From contig CM114271.1 in the NCBI GenBank assembly GCA_050084515.1, positions 39,742,001 to 39,806,000 of the forward strand: DNA of 64,000 nucleotides. The letters are read 5' to 3'. The notes below the pieces were generated by a model. It did no database searches and was not told the DNA's origin. It was given only the letters and a program-made list of their open reading frames with translations. Each line of letters starts with the position of its first letter. Positions within the stretch are counted from its first letter, which is position 1. This DNA is from Blasia pusilla. Its lineage: Eukaryota. A program made the position numbers and the translations under genes. Shown piece by piece: positions 24,161 through 38,430 of this stretch.

Positions 24161-26679
24161 TGTTGCAATAGCCGATTTTGCACCAATGTTGCTACGACAA
24201 ACTCTCTAGTTTGCGGGTTTACAGGACAATGTATTCCAAATTTTTCTTGTCCTAGAGTACTCAAGCTGAGTACTTCCAGGAAGGTTATGTGGCAAATTGT
24301 TTCAATACACATAGTTTCAAAGTAGAAATGTTATTCCCTTGAATCTTAGAGTACAATTTGAATGTTGACTACAACATCTTGATGCTTTTGCCCATTTTTC
24401 TGGGCCCTTACAATCACACGCGGATGTGGGGTAGAATTCATTGGCACATTCCCAACGGGGTAGTCCTTGGAGACAGGTCTTCCACGTTGGGCAACGGTGT
24501 CTTGCAACATTTTTTCATAGAGATAGCTTCACATTCTCTTTCATTTCTAGGCCTTTTAAGGCGATACTCGGGGCTCCCCTGGATCTAACTATGCGGAATT
24601 TTTTCCAAGCCCTCAAGTGGCTTAGGGAAATATCCCTTATTCTCCAATTCAGGCTCTCTTCTAACATGTAGAGAATCCTTTATTGCATGCTCGAATCCAA
24701 GAGCGTGCTCGGGGGTTAGGTTCGTCCCCCAGGAGGGCTTATGCCGAAATGCAACTTCTTTCATTTGCTCAATCGGATATAATCTTCCTGAGATATGGGG
24801 GACCATTTGGAACTCTCCAACATTTTGGGATTGGAAAACCTGACACCGTAATGATTATTTACCAAATGTACTTTGGCAACACCCTTTCCTTTCCCCTGTG
24901 TCAATTTTTTGGCTGTTATTCTCCTCAACATGATTTTTTCTGCAACCCGCAATCTATTGTGCACCTTTGTTGAAGAGAGTTTTGCAGAGATGGGAGTTGG
25001 AGTTGTAGGAGCTGAAGGTGAGCACAAGAGGTTGGGAGGTGCCGAAGTTGGAGCTGAATGTGAAGCGTCAACAATTGGAGTTGCGATCGTGAGTTGGGAG
25101 GTGGCTTGAACTGGGAGCTGTTGATCAACTGAACTTCAAGTGGCAGCTCCTAATGATTGTAGTACCTGCAATCACAAAGCAGAGGAGTTAGACTCGAAGC
25201 ATATGAAAGCATAGGAGTTAGAGTTGAGTTAAATTTTGCTTAGCCTAGAGCAGAGAAAGTTGAGAACTCCAAAGACATATGAGAACTCCGAGAGATTATT
25301 GGCACTTGAATAAAGCTCTACATTAAGCATGAATGGTAAAGTCGTGGCCCTGAGTAAATTGAAACTTGAGCGCACATAAATGGCAAAGTCGTGGCATTAG
25401 GTATATCCAAATTTGAGTTATGAGTATGTGAATGAAACAGACACTATCCCATCGGAGTGAAAGTATAAATACATTCGTCAGCAGGAGTGCCCCTGAGAGC
25501 TCTGAAACCCTCGGATCTGCCGTCCATTAGGAGGAGAAATGCATCAACGGATGTGCCTTCTCATGATCACAACTGTCTCAAGAAAAAAATGAATACAACC
25601 CCTAAAAATCCCGGACATCCTCGTCACGATCGTAACTGCTCAGTATAGAGTTTAAAACATCATTTAAAAAAAATGGTTAGATGCGGCGCATGCACCTAAA
25701 CCCTACATTTTTTGACCAAAGCATATTTCCCATAAGACACTAAATGCACGCAAGCCTGTGAATAGCCCAAAGGACACATGTCGCAAGTTCGAGTGTTTGC
25801 AAAATGAGAAGCCACTCACCCATGATAGTATAGATGGCTCTTTTTTTTCTCACTATCTTTCCACGTGTCCTTCACACAAATATAATAACTAACTCTCAAA
25901 CTTTCCCCTCTCAAGGCCGCACACCGGTTGGAATACACTTACAAAATCCCATGTCAACAAACAATGTGTGTGACCTAGAATAGAGTAAGGGTGGAGAACC
26001 GAAAAGCAGATAGGAAAGCTTAGTGAGCTTGAAAGTCAAGCTTGATTGTAAAAATTATGTCTGAGTAGAGCAATTTGAGGCCAAGGCAGGGTTGGGTGTT
26101 GGGGAATGCCTATGTGGTATTCGGCGAGTACGTATCAACCAAAATTGGTAAGCGTGGTTCTAACCCGGTTACAAAGTAGAGTGAAAAAATGCATGAGAAA
26201 CCAAGTTGGCATTAGAGCAACTTCAAAAGAGATTGGGAAAGTCATGTTGCAACGTTGTTGCACTGCTAATTGTGGATCTTCTAGTTCATCGATGCAAGGG
26301 AATTAGCATAAGGCATATCATAACTTGTTGATAACGAAAGATTCTTCTTATGAATTGGTTACGAGTGTCATTGCGAAGTGTGACGGGTAAAGATAACGAT
26401 GGTCTTTTATATGGGAGTCCATTACAACCAAGCAAGATCGTAAAGTGGGAAGGAGAGCATAGCTTGGTAGATGTAGCTAAAAAATGGATTTGGAATCTAA
26501 AAGAAATCGGCATGGGATGAAATTTGAAAAGAGTGAGTTAAGCATATCTTTGCACATTAATCTTTTTATCATTAAATAGTATGTGAGAGCACTTGCCTAT
26601 GACAAGGTAGACTGGAGTAGTGGAATTCCTGTAATATTTAACCATATTGTTGAGATAAATGAAATATTAAGTGGATGAA

Positions 26680-26826
26680 CGAGTGCAACGTGCATGATAA
26701 AGAGCAAATGGGATGCAAAAATAGGACAAATGGATAGATCATATGCAGCTCGAGTGCAACGTGCATGATAAAGAGCAAATGGGATGCAAAAATAGGACAA
26801 ATGGATAGATCTTATGCAGCTCGAGT
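26680..26826. repeat. Two-copy 71-bp tandem repeat
   Basis: cgagtgcaacgtgcatgataaagagcaaatggg...atgcagct at 26680 and 26751, one mismatch seen. Confidence 0.9.
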
Positions 26827-29800
26827 ACTAAAAAGCATGTAGATAACATAAGGTAAAGCGGAGGAAATCCATAAAGACCCATGCATAATCAAAATTCAAG
26901 GATGTTGCTATTTGGTCTTATTGCCCCGCTATCTTGTCATATTATACATGTGTGGTCGACAATTATTATATAGATAGACTAGTCCCGGCCCCATCCCGTT
27001 CCCTTAACTTAATTGTTCCCTTAACTTAACTGTTAGCTCTTGCTATACCCACCACATGTCAATACGGCAAGGTCCTACATGCATGCAGGTCATACGCCTA
27101 AAACCCCATACTCTTTAAATAATCTATACTATAATGTGAGGAAGGGGGGGTTACTTCTTTTGGTAACTCCCCGTTCCCAAATAAGTGAGGCTCCTCCACA
27201 AGTGGTGGTCTAAAATGTCTAAATTTGACTGAAATCTTATTTAGACGGCCATCTACTTGAGTGAGGTGAGAAGCCACGTTATTTTTACCATTAATACCTT
27301 ATGAAAGAGGGGTACGTGAGCTACACGGCTTCTATTTACACAAGTGTGCATATGGTATTGGTTAGAGGCTTATGAGGTGGTCATCAACACAAAATCTTCC
27401 GAGGCTTCGGCTCTCACAAGTGTGCATATGGTACTGGTTCCAGGCTTGTGAGGCCCTCATCCGCACAATTGGTACCATAGTTACTATAGTAATTTTGTAT
27501 AATTGTGGAAAGTTACAGGAGATCTGGGAGAAAGTTGGAGTTGGAGCGCAAGTTGGAGCGAAGGGCAAGTTGGAGTCGTGGGTGGAAGGAAGGTGTGGTT
27601 TTATGAACGAAGAGCCCAAGATCCGAAAAGCCATGAAGGTGAAGGTGAGCTTTATGTTCCCATCCGATTCGAAAGTGAGATCCAAAAGCCCTGTTTCTGG
27701 TCCGAAGGTTAGATTTGTATTCTGATTTGTATCTTGTTGAAATGCTCTGGATTCATGCACTGAACGAGTTGCAACCAGTCCGGATCCGAATTGCGTTTGC
27801 GAGCCGAAAGGGCATGTCACAGATTTCACCTTGCTCCAGTAAACTTGAAGGACTTGATTCTATCTCTCTGATCCTTGGTAACATTTCATTACCTCTCCCA
27901 CACATACAACTGCCAGTTGTGTGTGTGCATTATCATCTGAAGCCCCTATATCCTTTGCCAAGACACATTTGAATCGAGCGTATCGACGGTGCCACCAACG
28001 TCGCCTATTCTCACTACGATCGTCTCGTGGTGAGATGGATACCTTTCTCGGAACTTCCGTCAGGCATTCCCCTCAGTAGTGCATAAGATGCATATAATAT
28101 TTCCGGCTTGGTACTACTTCGTGTACCTCATGTAGTAGACACTTCCCCTTTTCGATTACTTGGTACTTTAGATTGTCGCTCAGTCGTCCTCATTTCAAAT
28201 TCAGCTTCGAAAAGTTAGTTTCTTCTCTACCCTGACCCAAATTTATCCGTGCATCATTTTCTCACAACTGACAGAGAACGCGCTATCGGGAATTACACTC
28301 AGTATCGTTTTGACAGGGTCCAACAGAGTTTTTCAATGGTTGGCAATGAATGATATTATTAGGCGTTGAGCTTGGGATCTCGGGACAAGCAGTGTGAATA
28401 GACGCGTTGTACCACGGGCACAACACACACACGAGAGACTTGCGTGCATAGCAAAGCTGCACCAATCGCATCTAGAGAGAGAGATTGTCTTTGTGTGGTC
28501 TCACCGAGGTAGAAAAGGAAAGGGGTTGGATGGGCTGGTCGGTGTCCGCATTCGGCATGAGGATTTTTGGATAGTACTCAAGAGATTTGGAATGAGGACC
28601 GTGAGCTCAACGTCCACGAGCATCTTCACATCTCTCCGTGTGGCGGTTCCCATGCCCTCTTTTCACCATCTCTCCTCCTCGCGTTCTCCATTTCATCTCC
28701 TCTTTCTTTCTCCCTAAACGCCTCTGGATCGCCCAAGAGCTCATCGCCTCATCAAAGAAGACCTTGCAGTCCCGACATGGTAATTCTTCCGGTGTCCGGT
28801 CCTGGATTTGGTCAGTTGTTGGAACCTAAGGTGAGCTTGCTTCCTCGCTCGACCTTAGCTGGTCTTTGAGGCGTCGCATTTGAGAATGCGTTTATGAGCT
28901 TCGACCGCTAGGGTGCGAAGAGATTTTCGACAAATGGCCGCACAGCCAATCCCACCCTTTTACCAATTGGAACGATGTCTCGGATCCGATCGCCGATCGA
29001 TTAAGCGGCTCCCTACGCATATGTTCATATTCCTTTCGCCGAGGGCGCTGTTTCTTTGCGACTTTATAATTCTTGCCATCGGAGAGACAACAGACCGAGG
29101 CAGTTGTTGACAAATCGCTTGGACGGGAGCGGTCCGATTCGAAACGAGATTTCTCCGCTTGTAGACGCTTCCAAGAATCCAAGGATCAATCCCCGAGAGA
29201 AAGCAAAACTGTCGATGGCTGAGCGACCCCCGAGAAACGGTCATCATAACCTCGTCATACCATGGCCCCCGTCGGTCGAAATGAGTGATCGGCGCAGAAT
29301 TAAGAGAGGTACTAGAGCTTGCGCGATGCACCTGCGGCCTTACGCTCTCCACTTGCACTCATATGGCTATCCCGGGATCTCGGGAGCTTCACTTGGTAGA
29401 ACGCATTTCCACTTGCTAATTCTTCCTGATAGTGTGGCATAAGGCACATGATGCTTTCAATTGTCCTTACATTTTTCCCTGTCTGTCTGAGCATTCTCAT
29501 CCTTGTTTCCACACACAATCCTAGGCTTCTTGCCGACTGCCTTCTTCACACCGTGCCCTTCTTTACTAGAATCGCTACTTTAAGTGAGGAGCATGGCAAT
29601 ATAACGTAATAATGGTACGTTAATAGCATAAACGTACCATGGACCATGGCCTGCCCGAGGCAGCCGATTGGGAGTGCTCGCGTTTCTTCTGCCTGTCCCG
29701 CCTCTTTCCTCTCTCGAAATATCTGCATAAACGTACCATGGCCTGTGCCGAGGCAGCCGCATGTGGGCTTCACCAGAGTCCGACTGGGAGAGCCGCTTCC

Positions 29801-32800
29801 TCAATAGCGTCGACAGCGAGATTCGATCCCCGCCCACCTGAGCTGAAGCCAGTGATCCGACCTTACTGACGTAGGCCTACTAGATGTTTGGAGACAGGGG
29901 GCTTTCAAATTTTATTTATGAAATTTTTTTTTCCGTGCCCAGATCTTTTTCTCTTACAAATCTCATAATCTTTTTTTTTAGATGAGCGTTATGAAATTAC
30001 AATTACATTTTTCTTACTTGAAATCTGCTCCTGGTGGTCCCTCTTTTTTTTTACTGGAATTATCTAATTATATTGAAATTTTAATATGTTCTTTTTAAAT
30101 TTGCAGTGAATAATATTGTATATGCGGAGTGAGGCTAACTAGCTTACGCCATGTCAACTGTCTCATCAACATGCAAGAGGCGTATAATTGTGGAAGAAAT
30201 TGTAATAAATAGGAGTCCCGAATATTTGGTAGAGAGAGATGAACATAGATTTTCATTATCTCGCTCAACAACGCAAACTAAAAATTGTTTGATGTGGACC
30301 CTACATTTTTTGCTCCTATTTCAAATGGTTTCAATGAGACTGAGGACGTTAGAGAAGTCTCAATAGGCGAGGAAATTGTGATTACTCTCAATAGTAATGA
30401 GAGATACTCTGTAGATATTTGTCCCGGTCTTGAAGATCTTGAAGATGGAGAATATTCCTCCACTTCCCTCTATGATTCTGAGGGATGGTATGTTGGTGAT
30501 GAGTTCGACCTCGAATATAGGTGTATGGATTATGGGGATTTAGACATAAGTGCAGATAGTCGAGATATTGGAGATAAGTAGCCTATAGAGTACTATCTAT
30601 CGTGTATATCCAATTAATCATCAAATCCATGTTGGTTTTGTTCTTAGAAGTCTGTTTGAGATTGTTGAGTTGAGCAAACGATCAAGTTTCATTTCTTTGG
30701 GAGTGGTGTTACTCAAAAAAGTAAGTCTTCTCTGCTTGTGTTCTAATATTCAGGTGTGGAGATTTAGTATCCTTTTATATTGGGTATTTCTTTCATTATT
30801 TTGATATATTTCTTTTATTTTAATAATTGTGTGGATAATGCAGGATACTTTATAAATGAGTGGTGACGAATTACGCTATAGCGATGGTGAGTTCTACGTT
30901 CCTCTTGATGAACAATAAAGGGATTATACACCTATAGATGTTGACGTCATAGAGGTGATACAAATAGCAAGTCCGGAGTATGTCCCCTCGCCGATCGTTG
31001 AAAATAGGAATTATGCTTCAAGTTCTGGCTATGTTCCATCGCCGATTTTTGAAAATATGGATAAGGCTTTAAGTCCTAGCTATGTACCATTTCCTATTTG
31101 CGAAAATGGGATTAATGGTCCTAATGTTAGCATAAGCCCTTTGAGAAATGGTCAGAGTTGTAGTTATGATGAGAGTGCATCTAGGATTTTAACCACACCT
31201 CGGGTGAATCATCATTCTATTTCACAAGAAGTAGTTGGAGGTCAGGAGGGAGAAGGAGATACAGATTCCACACATGATTGCATCCCTTCATCAGACCCTA
31301 TAGCATCTAGCCATTCTTTTGTACGTGATTGTTACGGGTCGGGGTCATGGGAAATTAGTGATTGTCATTCAATTTTCTCTGAGGACTCAAGTGAGATGAG
31401 TACGGCGGAGTCTCATTGCCCGTTAGAATGATTTTCCTATTTCAGATTTTTATAAAAACTTCAGTTATGTGTAAATTTATTTTTTAATATAGATTATAAT
31501 ATTCAGAGACCAAATCTTGAGTATAAGTTTTTTGTACAAATTGTTCTCTTTTTTCTATTATTTATATATATATTGACAATATATATTTTGGTCGGATGGT
31601 TGATATTATCATAAGATGCATGAATCTCAAGAGGAACCATCGAGGCGAAATGAAAAAAGACCATTCGCAGACATCACCAATGTAGTCTCTTTACCTAATG
31701 TGGAACATGATCACCACATTTCATGTAGTGCTCCATCTTCTATACGGATTTCGGAGGAAACAGAGAAGGTTGCATATAAGAAGGTTAGAAGGGTTGCTTC
31801 TCAAAGAAACAGAAGGGCGCTTCATGATATGCGATTTGTAACTCCTTCAACGACTTTGTCATCTCCAATGTAAGGATACTTAGCATTATGATTATAGAAT
31901 GATATCGTAACCTTATGTGCACACTCTAGATTTGTTGTGTGACTTTAATATCTTTCATGTTTGTGATGTAGACTTCCAAATCCATCGAACCCGAAACGAT
32001 TACGTGATATACATCAAATTGTGAGAGCCCAAGGACAAAAGCCAAGACATGCTAAATTAGTTGAATTGAGATCTATTGAAACTGTTGTGAATATTCCATT
32101 GATGGAAGAATTACAACCACCCATCATCAATGGCCCACTAGACGCAAATACTATCAGGTATTTATTTATGTATAACATTTCTACTTTTTATTATAATAAT
32201 TTTTATTTTATTTTTCGTGTTATGACTTTTTTTTATTCTTTGTTCAGGTTGGTAGCAACACCTTCCAATCGAAATCTTCATGCTTTAATAGACTCTACAT
32301 CGTCTCCAATGTACGTTTCATCCACTCATTAATTTCTTTCTTTTTATTGGTTTTTTTTAATTTAATTTTTTTGACTTTATTTTTTTTTATTTTTTTTTCT
32401 CAGTCTTCCACTTCCGTCCAACCCTCGGGGATTACATGCTATGCTTCAAGTTGCACGAGCACAAGGCCAGAGAATAAGGCACCATAATTTGGCCCAAGCG
32501 AATGTTCATCAATTGTTGTGAATCTTCTTCCTAGAGAGGAAGTTGAGGCTATGACTACTAATGACTTTCATACTCAAGCTAATACAAGGTATGCTTTACA
32601 TACTTTTATTATTGATGCTTCTTACTTGGTCTTAAATTTTTATAAATGATTTCTAATGTCAAATTTTTTGCAGGCCAATTATGGTACATCATGAAGTTGA
32701 AGCTATTCCAAACTTTGGGATTGTGGTCTTTCCATGTCCAATGTATATTTCTAAACTATATATTCAAATTTAATAGAGATATGTTTGTATGTATATTTAT

Positions 32801-32923
32801 TCTTATTATAATCATATATATTAATTTCTTAACCTCTGCTTGCAATCTTCCAATTCCTGCCAATCCTCTACGATTATCTCACATGCTTCAAGTTGCTCGA
32901 GCTGAGGGCCAAAGAAGAAGACA

Positions 32924-33196
32924 TGCTCATTTGGATGAAGTACATGAGGTTGCACATGTTGGCGATTCGTTGATAAGGAATGATGCCAATGGACCTAATC
33001 GTGAAGGCGACATGGAAGTGAATGAAGACAATGTATCTGCCTCTATTCCAAATGTGGGATCACATTTGGATGAAGTACATGAGATTGCACATGTTTGTGA
33101 TCCGTTGTTTAGGAGCGATGCCAATGCAGCCAATCATGAAGGCGACATGGAAGAAAATGAAGACAATGCACATGCCTCGATTCCAAATGTGGGATC
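32924..33196 (+). repeat. Two in-frame 135-bp (45-aa) coding repeats in the Helitron-2 N-terminal region
   Basis: HLDEVHEVAHVGDSLIRNDANGPNREGDMEVNEDNVSASIPNVGS followed by HLDEVHEIAHVCDPLFRSDANAANHEGDMEENEDNAHASIPNVGS. Confidence 0.9.
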
Positions 33197-33324
33197 TAGA
33201 AGGGTTGTGAACTTGAAAAATTTGCTCAATATTGCACGTATTCCTAACTTTGAAGAGAAGCACATTCGAATTCTTAGGTTGGGAGATCGTATTGATAGTA
33301 TTTTGGCCGTTTTAGTGTTGGACT

Positions 33325-36300
33325 TATGAATGTTGTTTGTCCGACTTGCAATGCTCTACATTGGAAGTGTGAGAGAGTGAAGTGTACTAGGTTTATAAGC
33401 TCGCCTTTTAGTATGTGTTGTGGGCATGGTAAGATTCAATTACCATATTTTGTGACTTCACCATCTATACTATCGTAATTACTTTTCTGGTATGAGTGCA
33501 AATAGTCTTCATTTTTTTGCGTAATGCACGTGCCTATAATAGTGCTCTTCAATTGGCATCTTGGGGCACATGTGACAGAGCAACGAGGCGATGACAGAAA
33601 CTTCAGGATTCAAGGTGGTGTATATCATTCTATTGGACCTCTACATCTTTGAAAGTGGTGCTCCTCCACAATTTTGCAAATTTATATTCATGATGATGAG
33701 CATCGGATGGAACATAGAAGAAGGATTATGACTGGAGATTATCGGGATCAATTGAGGCCAAAGATCTTAAGGGATTACAAGATATGTTACATGCCCATAA
33801 TCCATATGTGGCTTTATTTTAAATGTGGCTATTGATCCATGTAATTTTGACTTTCATATTGTTCTTAAGGGTTGTAAGCGAGTGTCCGGATGCAAAACGA
33901 TACACCTTGCCTGTTGCTTCGAGATTGCGCTATCTTGCCTGGAGATGGGAGTGAGCCAATAGAAGGCGTGATATTATTGTTCGCTTACATGGAGGAGGGA
34001 TTCGTCGTCATCAGACTTGAATGAAGCATATATCCCATTGCACTTTGTTTTGCCTTTTGTTTATGGTGAAGCAGGTTGGCATCCTGGGATACCTTTGCAA
34101 GGGCAACATGATCATAGAGATGATCCTCGGTTAAGAGGGTATGCTATGATGGATGAAGATAGAGATGATATTGTACAAGGAGAAATTCAAGGTGAGGTTA
34201 CCACTCATGAGGCGAGTTCAAAGACGATTACTGCTTTACAATTTGCTTCATTCAGACTTCAAATGCGAGCTAACGCAATGGATAATAATCGGTTGTTGAG
34301 GTTTGGTCGTCTTACTCAAGAATATATGGTGGATATGTATGCGACTATCGAAATGCAACGGCTAACTTGGATACGATTGCATCAAAAAGAGTTGAGAGTT
34401 GATTTATACCAAGGGGTTAGAGATGCCATGACTCGGCATGATGTGAACGGTCAAGGCATAGGGAGACGTATTATCTTACCTTCGTCTTTCATAGGAGGAC
34501 CCCGTCACATGCATCAGTTGTACCATGATGCTATGGCCATTGTGAGACATTTTGGGAAGCCTGACTACTTTTTTGACAATGACTTGCAATCCTAAATGGC
34601 CAGAGATTACCTCTGCTCTGTTGCATGGTCAATCAACGTTCGATCGGCCTGACCTGGTTGTACGTGCTTTCCAACAAAAGAAGAAGGAGTTGTTGAGACT
34701 TATATTGGATAAGCATATTTTGGGTCGAGTGGTAGGATGCATTCATGTGGTCGAGTTCCAAAAGAGAGGGCTACCACATGTGCATATCCTAATTATTCTT
34801 GCTTCTGAGGATAAGCCAAGGACAACCTCTGATTATGACGATATTATATCTGCTGAGATTCCGATTCCCATGACTCATCCTAGGCTACATTCTACTGTAA
34901 GAAATTGTATGATTCATGGTCCGTGTGGAGTAGCACATCCAACTGCACCTTGCACGGATAAAACGACAAAAAAATGTTCCAAAGGATACCCAATGCCGTT
35001 TGCAACAATGACAATGGAGAATGAGGATGGATATCCTATTTATAAGAGGTAATTCATTGGTGTTGTTTATTTCGTCATTTAATGTTCTTCTATTAGTGTG
35101 CTATCTTTTTTCCCAACTATTAACATACTTCTATATGTGTTTATGCAGGCGTGATAATGGCAGATTGATAAATAAGTCAAATCATGACTTTGATAATCGT
35201 TGGGTGGTTCCATAAAATCCAATGTTATGTACTTTATTTGATTGTCATATCAATTTGGAGATAACAAATAGCATCTTGGCAGTAAAGTACTTTTATAAGT
35301 ATGTGTACAAAGGATCTAATGCCATATCATATACCTTGGAAAAGACTACATCAGGAGAGGATACTATTGATGAGACATCATTATATCTTGATGCAAGGTA
35401 TTTTGATTCCTTCTATCTTTCAAGATCTCCCAATTTTTCCTAGGATATTAAATGGGAGTCTAACAATATTTATATTGTATGGTATGAAGGTACGTTTCTT
35501 TTTCATAAGCATGTTGGCGAATCTTCAAGTTTAGTCTACATGTAGAGCAACCAAGTATTGTGTGATTGATTGTTCATCTTCCAGACAGTCAAATGGTATA
35601 TTTTCATGGGCAAGATTCATTGGGTAATATTCTGGAGCGAAGTAAGGAAACCACTCTTACTCAATGGTTTGCAACAAATGTTTCTAATTCGACTGCGCGA
35701 TAATATCTTTATTTGGAGTTCCCTTCTCATTACTCTTGGAACAAGAAGCAATGGCATCTGCAGAACGTCTTGCGAAAAGGATGTGGACATCCTATTGACG
35801 CGTCTGTAGATATGACAAATCCAGGTAAACTTTCGATACTTGTTAAGATAAAATTATTTAGGAAAAAATTGAATTAATGTTAAAATCATATTCATGCTTC
35901 CTCCCTAATACTTTTTTTTTCGCTAATCCTAGCTGAAGGGGAGTGTCATTAGTTACGATTACTTCTCCATCATGTGAGAGGAGCTCAATCATATCAAGAT
36001 TTGAGAACCATCGATGGTGTAGTTTATCCTACCTTCAAAGAGACCGCTATTCAGATGGGACTTTTGGAGGACGATAGAAAGATCTTTTCTTGCTTTGAAG
36101 AGGCGGTTGTCATTCGTACTGGCTGTTCATTACGTTTACTCTTTGCCATTTGTCTTCTATATAATACACCTTCCCTTTCGGCTATGGTGTGGGAACATTT
36201 TTTGGTTCCATTGACAGAAGATCTTCTACATCAAAGGCGTGAGGTAATATGCATGACTTTTGTTGAGTCAATTTTTTTCTTATTTCTCTTATGAATATTT

Positions 36301-38430
36301 TAGGTACTTTATTTACGTTTTAACTTCTATATTTGTTGCTTGTAATAGAGAATTGGTATTCCGACCCTTCCATTGGATGTTCATATTATTAATCTTGCGT
36401 TATTGGAGGTCCATTACCATCTTCAAGATCATGGTAAAAGTATGGCGGACTTCCCTGACATGCCTCAACCAAATATCCAAACTCGTGATTTATCTATTTC
36501 ACGTCTAGAAGAAGAAGAGCTCTCCTACGATCATGATATTCTTTGTGAACGTGTGAGAGCAGGAGAGATGTCTTTAAATGATGGACAACGCGCGATTTGG
36601 GAAGTTGTTTGTAATGCTTTTTGCGATATCTTACAAGATGCGCCACCTTCTGTAAGTGGATATTATATATCATATATTTAATTATTAATTTCTTACACTT
36701 TTTATTTATTTATTTCTTTTAAAGTGCTTTTCTGTGACGAAAAATATGGATTTTTCAGGCAAAACTTTTCTTTATCGATGGTCCTGGTGGAACAGGAAAA
36801 ACATTTTTGTACAACCTTCTTCTTGCAATGGTACGGAGCGAGGGTCATATAACTCTTGCAGTTGCATCTTCGGGGATTGCCGCTTTATTATTGGATGGAG
36901 GTCGTACTGCTCATTCTCGATTCAAGATTCCTATCCAAGTACATGAAAGTTCCACTTGCAAGTAAGTTTAGATTTAAGATTTATTTTCCTTTTTATGGCA
37001 TGCATATTATTGTTTTATTTTTTGATTATCCTTCATAAATGTTCCTCAGATATTGTTTGTTATCGATTTTCGAGCCTATCGGTCAATAGTCATATGGCCC
37101 GCCTTATACAAAAGGCAAAGTTGATTGTGTGGGATGAAGTTCCTATGACGCATCGTCACGCATTTGAGGCTGTTAATCGTACTTTCCAAGATATCATGGG
37201 TTTGATGGATCCTCGATTACGAGATTTGCCTTTTGGGGGGAAAATCATTTTATTTGGTAGTGACATTCGACAACTTCTTCCAGTTGTTCGTCGTGGAGAT
37301 CGTGCCACAGTTGTGCGTGCAACACTTAGGAGATCTCCTATTTGGTTTGACGTGAGATTATTGAAACTCACTACCAACATGAGAGTCAATACTGTACAAG
37401 GTATTAAAGAATAAACCTAATATTTCATCTTTTTCATTTTATGTGGTTTTTAAAAATTTTATATTTACTAATTTCTTCATTTTATATTTATTATCAGGAT
37501 ATGCACTAGAAGAGCAAGAAACCTTTGCAAAGTGGTTATTAGAGGTAGGAGAGGGTCGTGTACCGTTACATTTGGATCTTGGAGAGGATTTTATACAAGT
37601 TCCGGATGCGATAATTGTTAAAACCACAAGGATCAATGATTTCATTGACATTGTTTATGGACACGATGTTCATAAGTGGAGTGATATTGATTTCTTGAGG
37701 GGTACATCCATTTTGTCAACGAAGAATACTAATGTGGATATTATAAACGGAGAAATCATGTCTCGATTTCCAGGAGACGTAATATTCATATTCTTGAATA
37801 TCATTATTCTATTTTGATTGTTCTACTGCTACATTTTTCTATGATCTCTCTTATTTTAATGATTTATTTTGTTTTTGCAGGAGCATTCCTTCTTGAGTCT
37901 TGATTCTTTAAACGATGAGATGAGACTTGTTTATCCAAGAGAATTTTTGAATACATGTTTACCATTTGGATTGCCACCTCATAGTTTGACTTTGAAGATT
38001 GGAGCTCCGATAATGCTATTACGGAATATGAATGGAGCAAAGGGACAAGCAAACGGGACTTGGCTGGTGATAGCTGGCTTTAGTCGACATCTTATAGATG
38101 CAACAATTATCACGGGAAAAAATATTGGAGCTCGAGTTTTCATTCCACGCATTCCATTGATTGCTTCTGATTGCGGCCTACCTTTTGATTTACGACGATT
38201 TCAATTTCCTATCTGTCCTGCTTTTGCAATGACTATTAATAAGTCTCAAAGTCAAACATTAAATAGAGTTGATATTTACTTGCCCAATCCAGTATTTTCT
38301 CATGGGTAATTGTATGTTGTCTTGTCAAGGGTAGGCTCAAGGAATTCTATTCATATTATGACAGATAATGAAAATGCTACTAACAAAATAGATATTTATA
38401 TTAAAAATTTTATATATAATGAAGTACTGA
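33325..38430 (+). pseudogene. Helitron Rep (HUH endonuclease) / PIF1-like helicase, intron-containing, disrupted
   Basis: [71 protein letters not shown] (about 36780); [68 protein letters not shown] intron at 35049-35148, among others. Confidence 0.95.

Larger units (their letters stand above)
22227..26978 (-). mobile_element. Probable 5' part of Helitron-1
   Basis: Frame QTHVEDEL*LETFPTQ rejoins 22227 with 4243; LPLPSNPTDFPGF exon (about 22350) resembles LPIPLNPVDICGF (about 3990); candidate 5' end TCTATCTATATAAT at 26978 (or TC at 26974). Membership of all intervening sequence is inferred. Confidence 0.5.
27123..38430 (+). mobile_element. Helitron-2 (autonomous-type, decayed); 3' terminus not identified
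   Basis: A|TCTATACTATAAT 5'-end signature at 27123 and a complete RepHel motif set downstream. Linkage of this 5' end to the coding region is inferred. Confidence 0.7.

Noticed and set aside
26680-26826. CRISPR-like array
   Set aside because: Only two abutting 71-bp copies, no spacers, no cas genes.
30955-31110. SPxYVPSP repeats as an RNA polymerase II CTD fragment
   Set aside because: Three copies at roughly 16-17-aa spacing, not tandem YSPTSPS heptads; better read as low-complexity Helitron-internal repeats.
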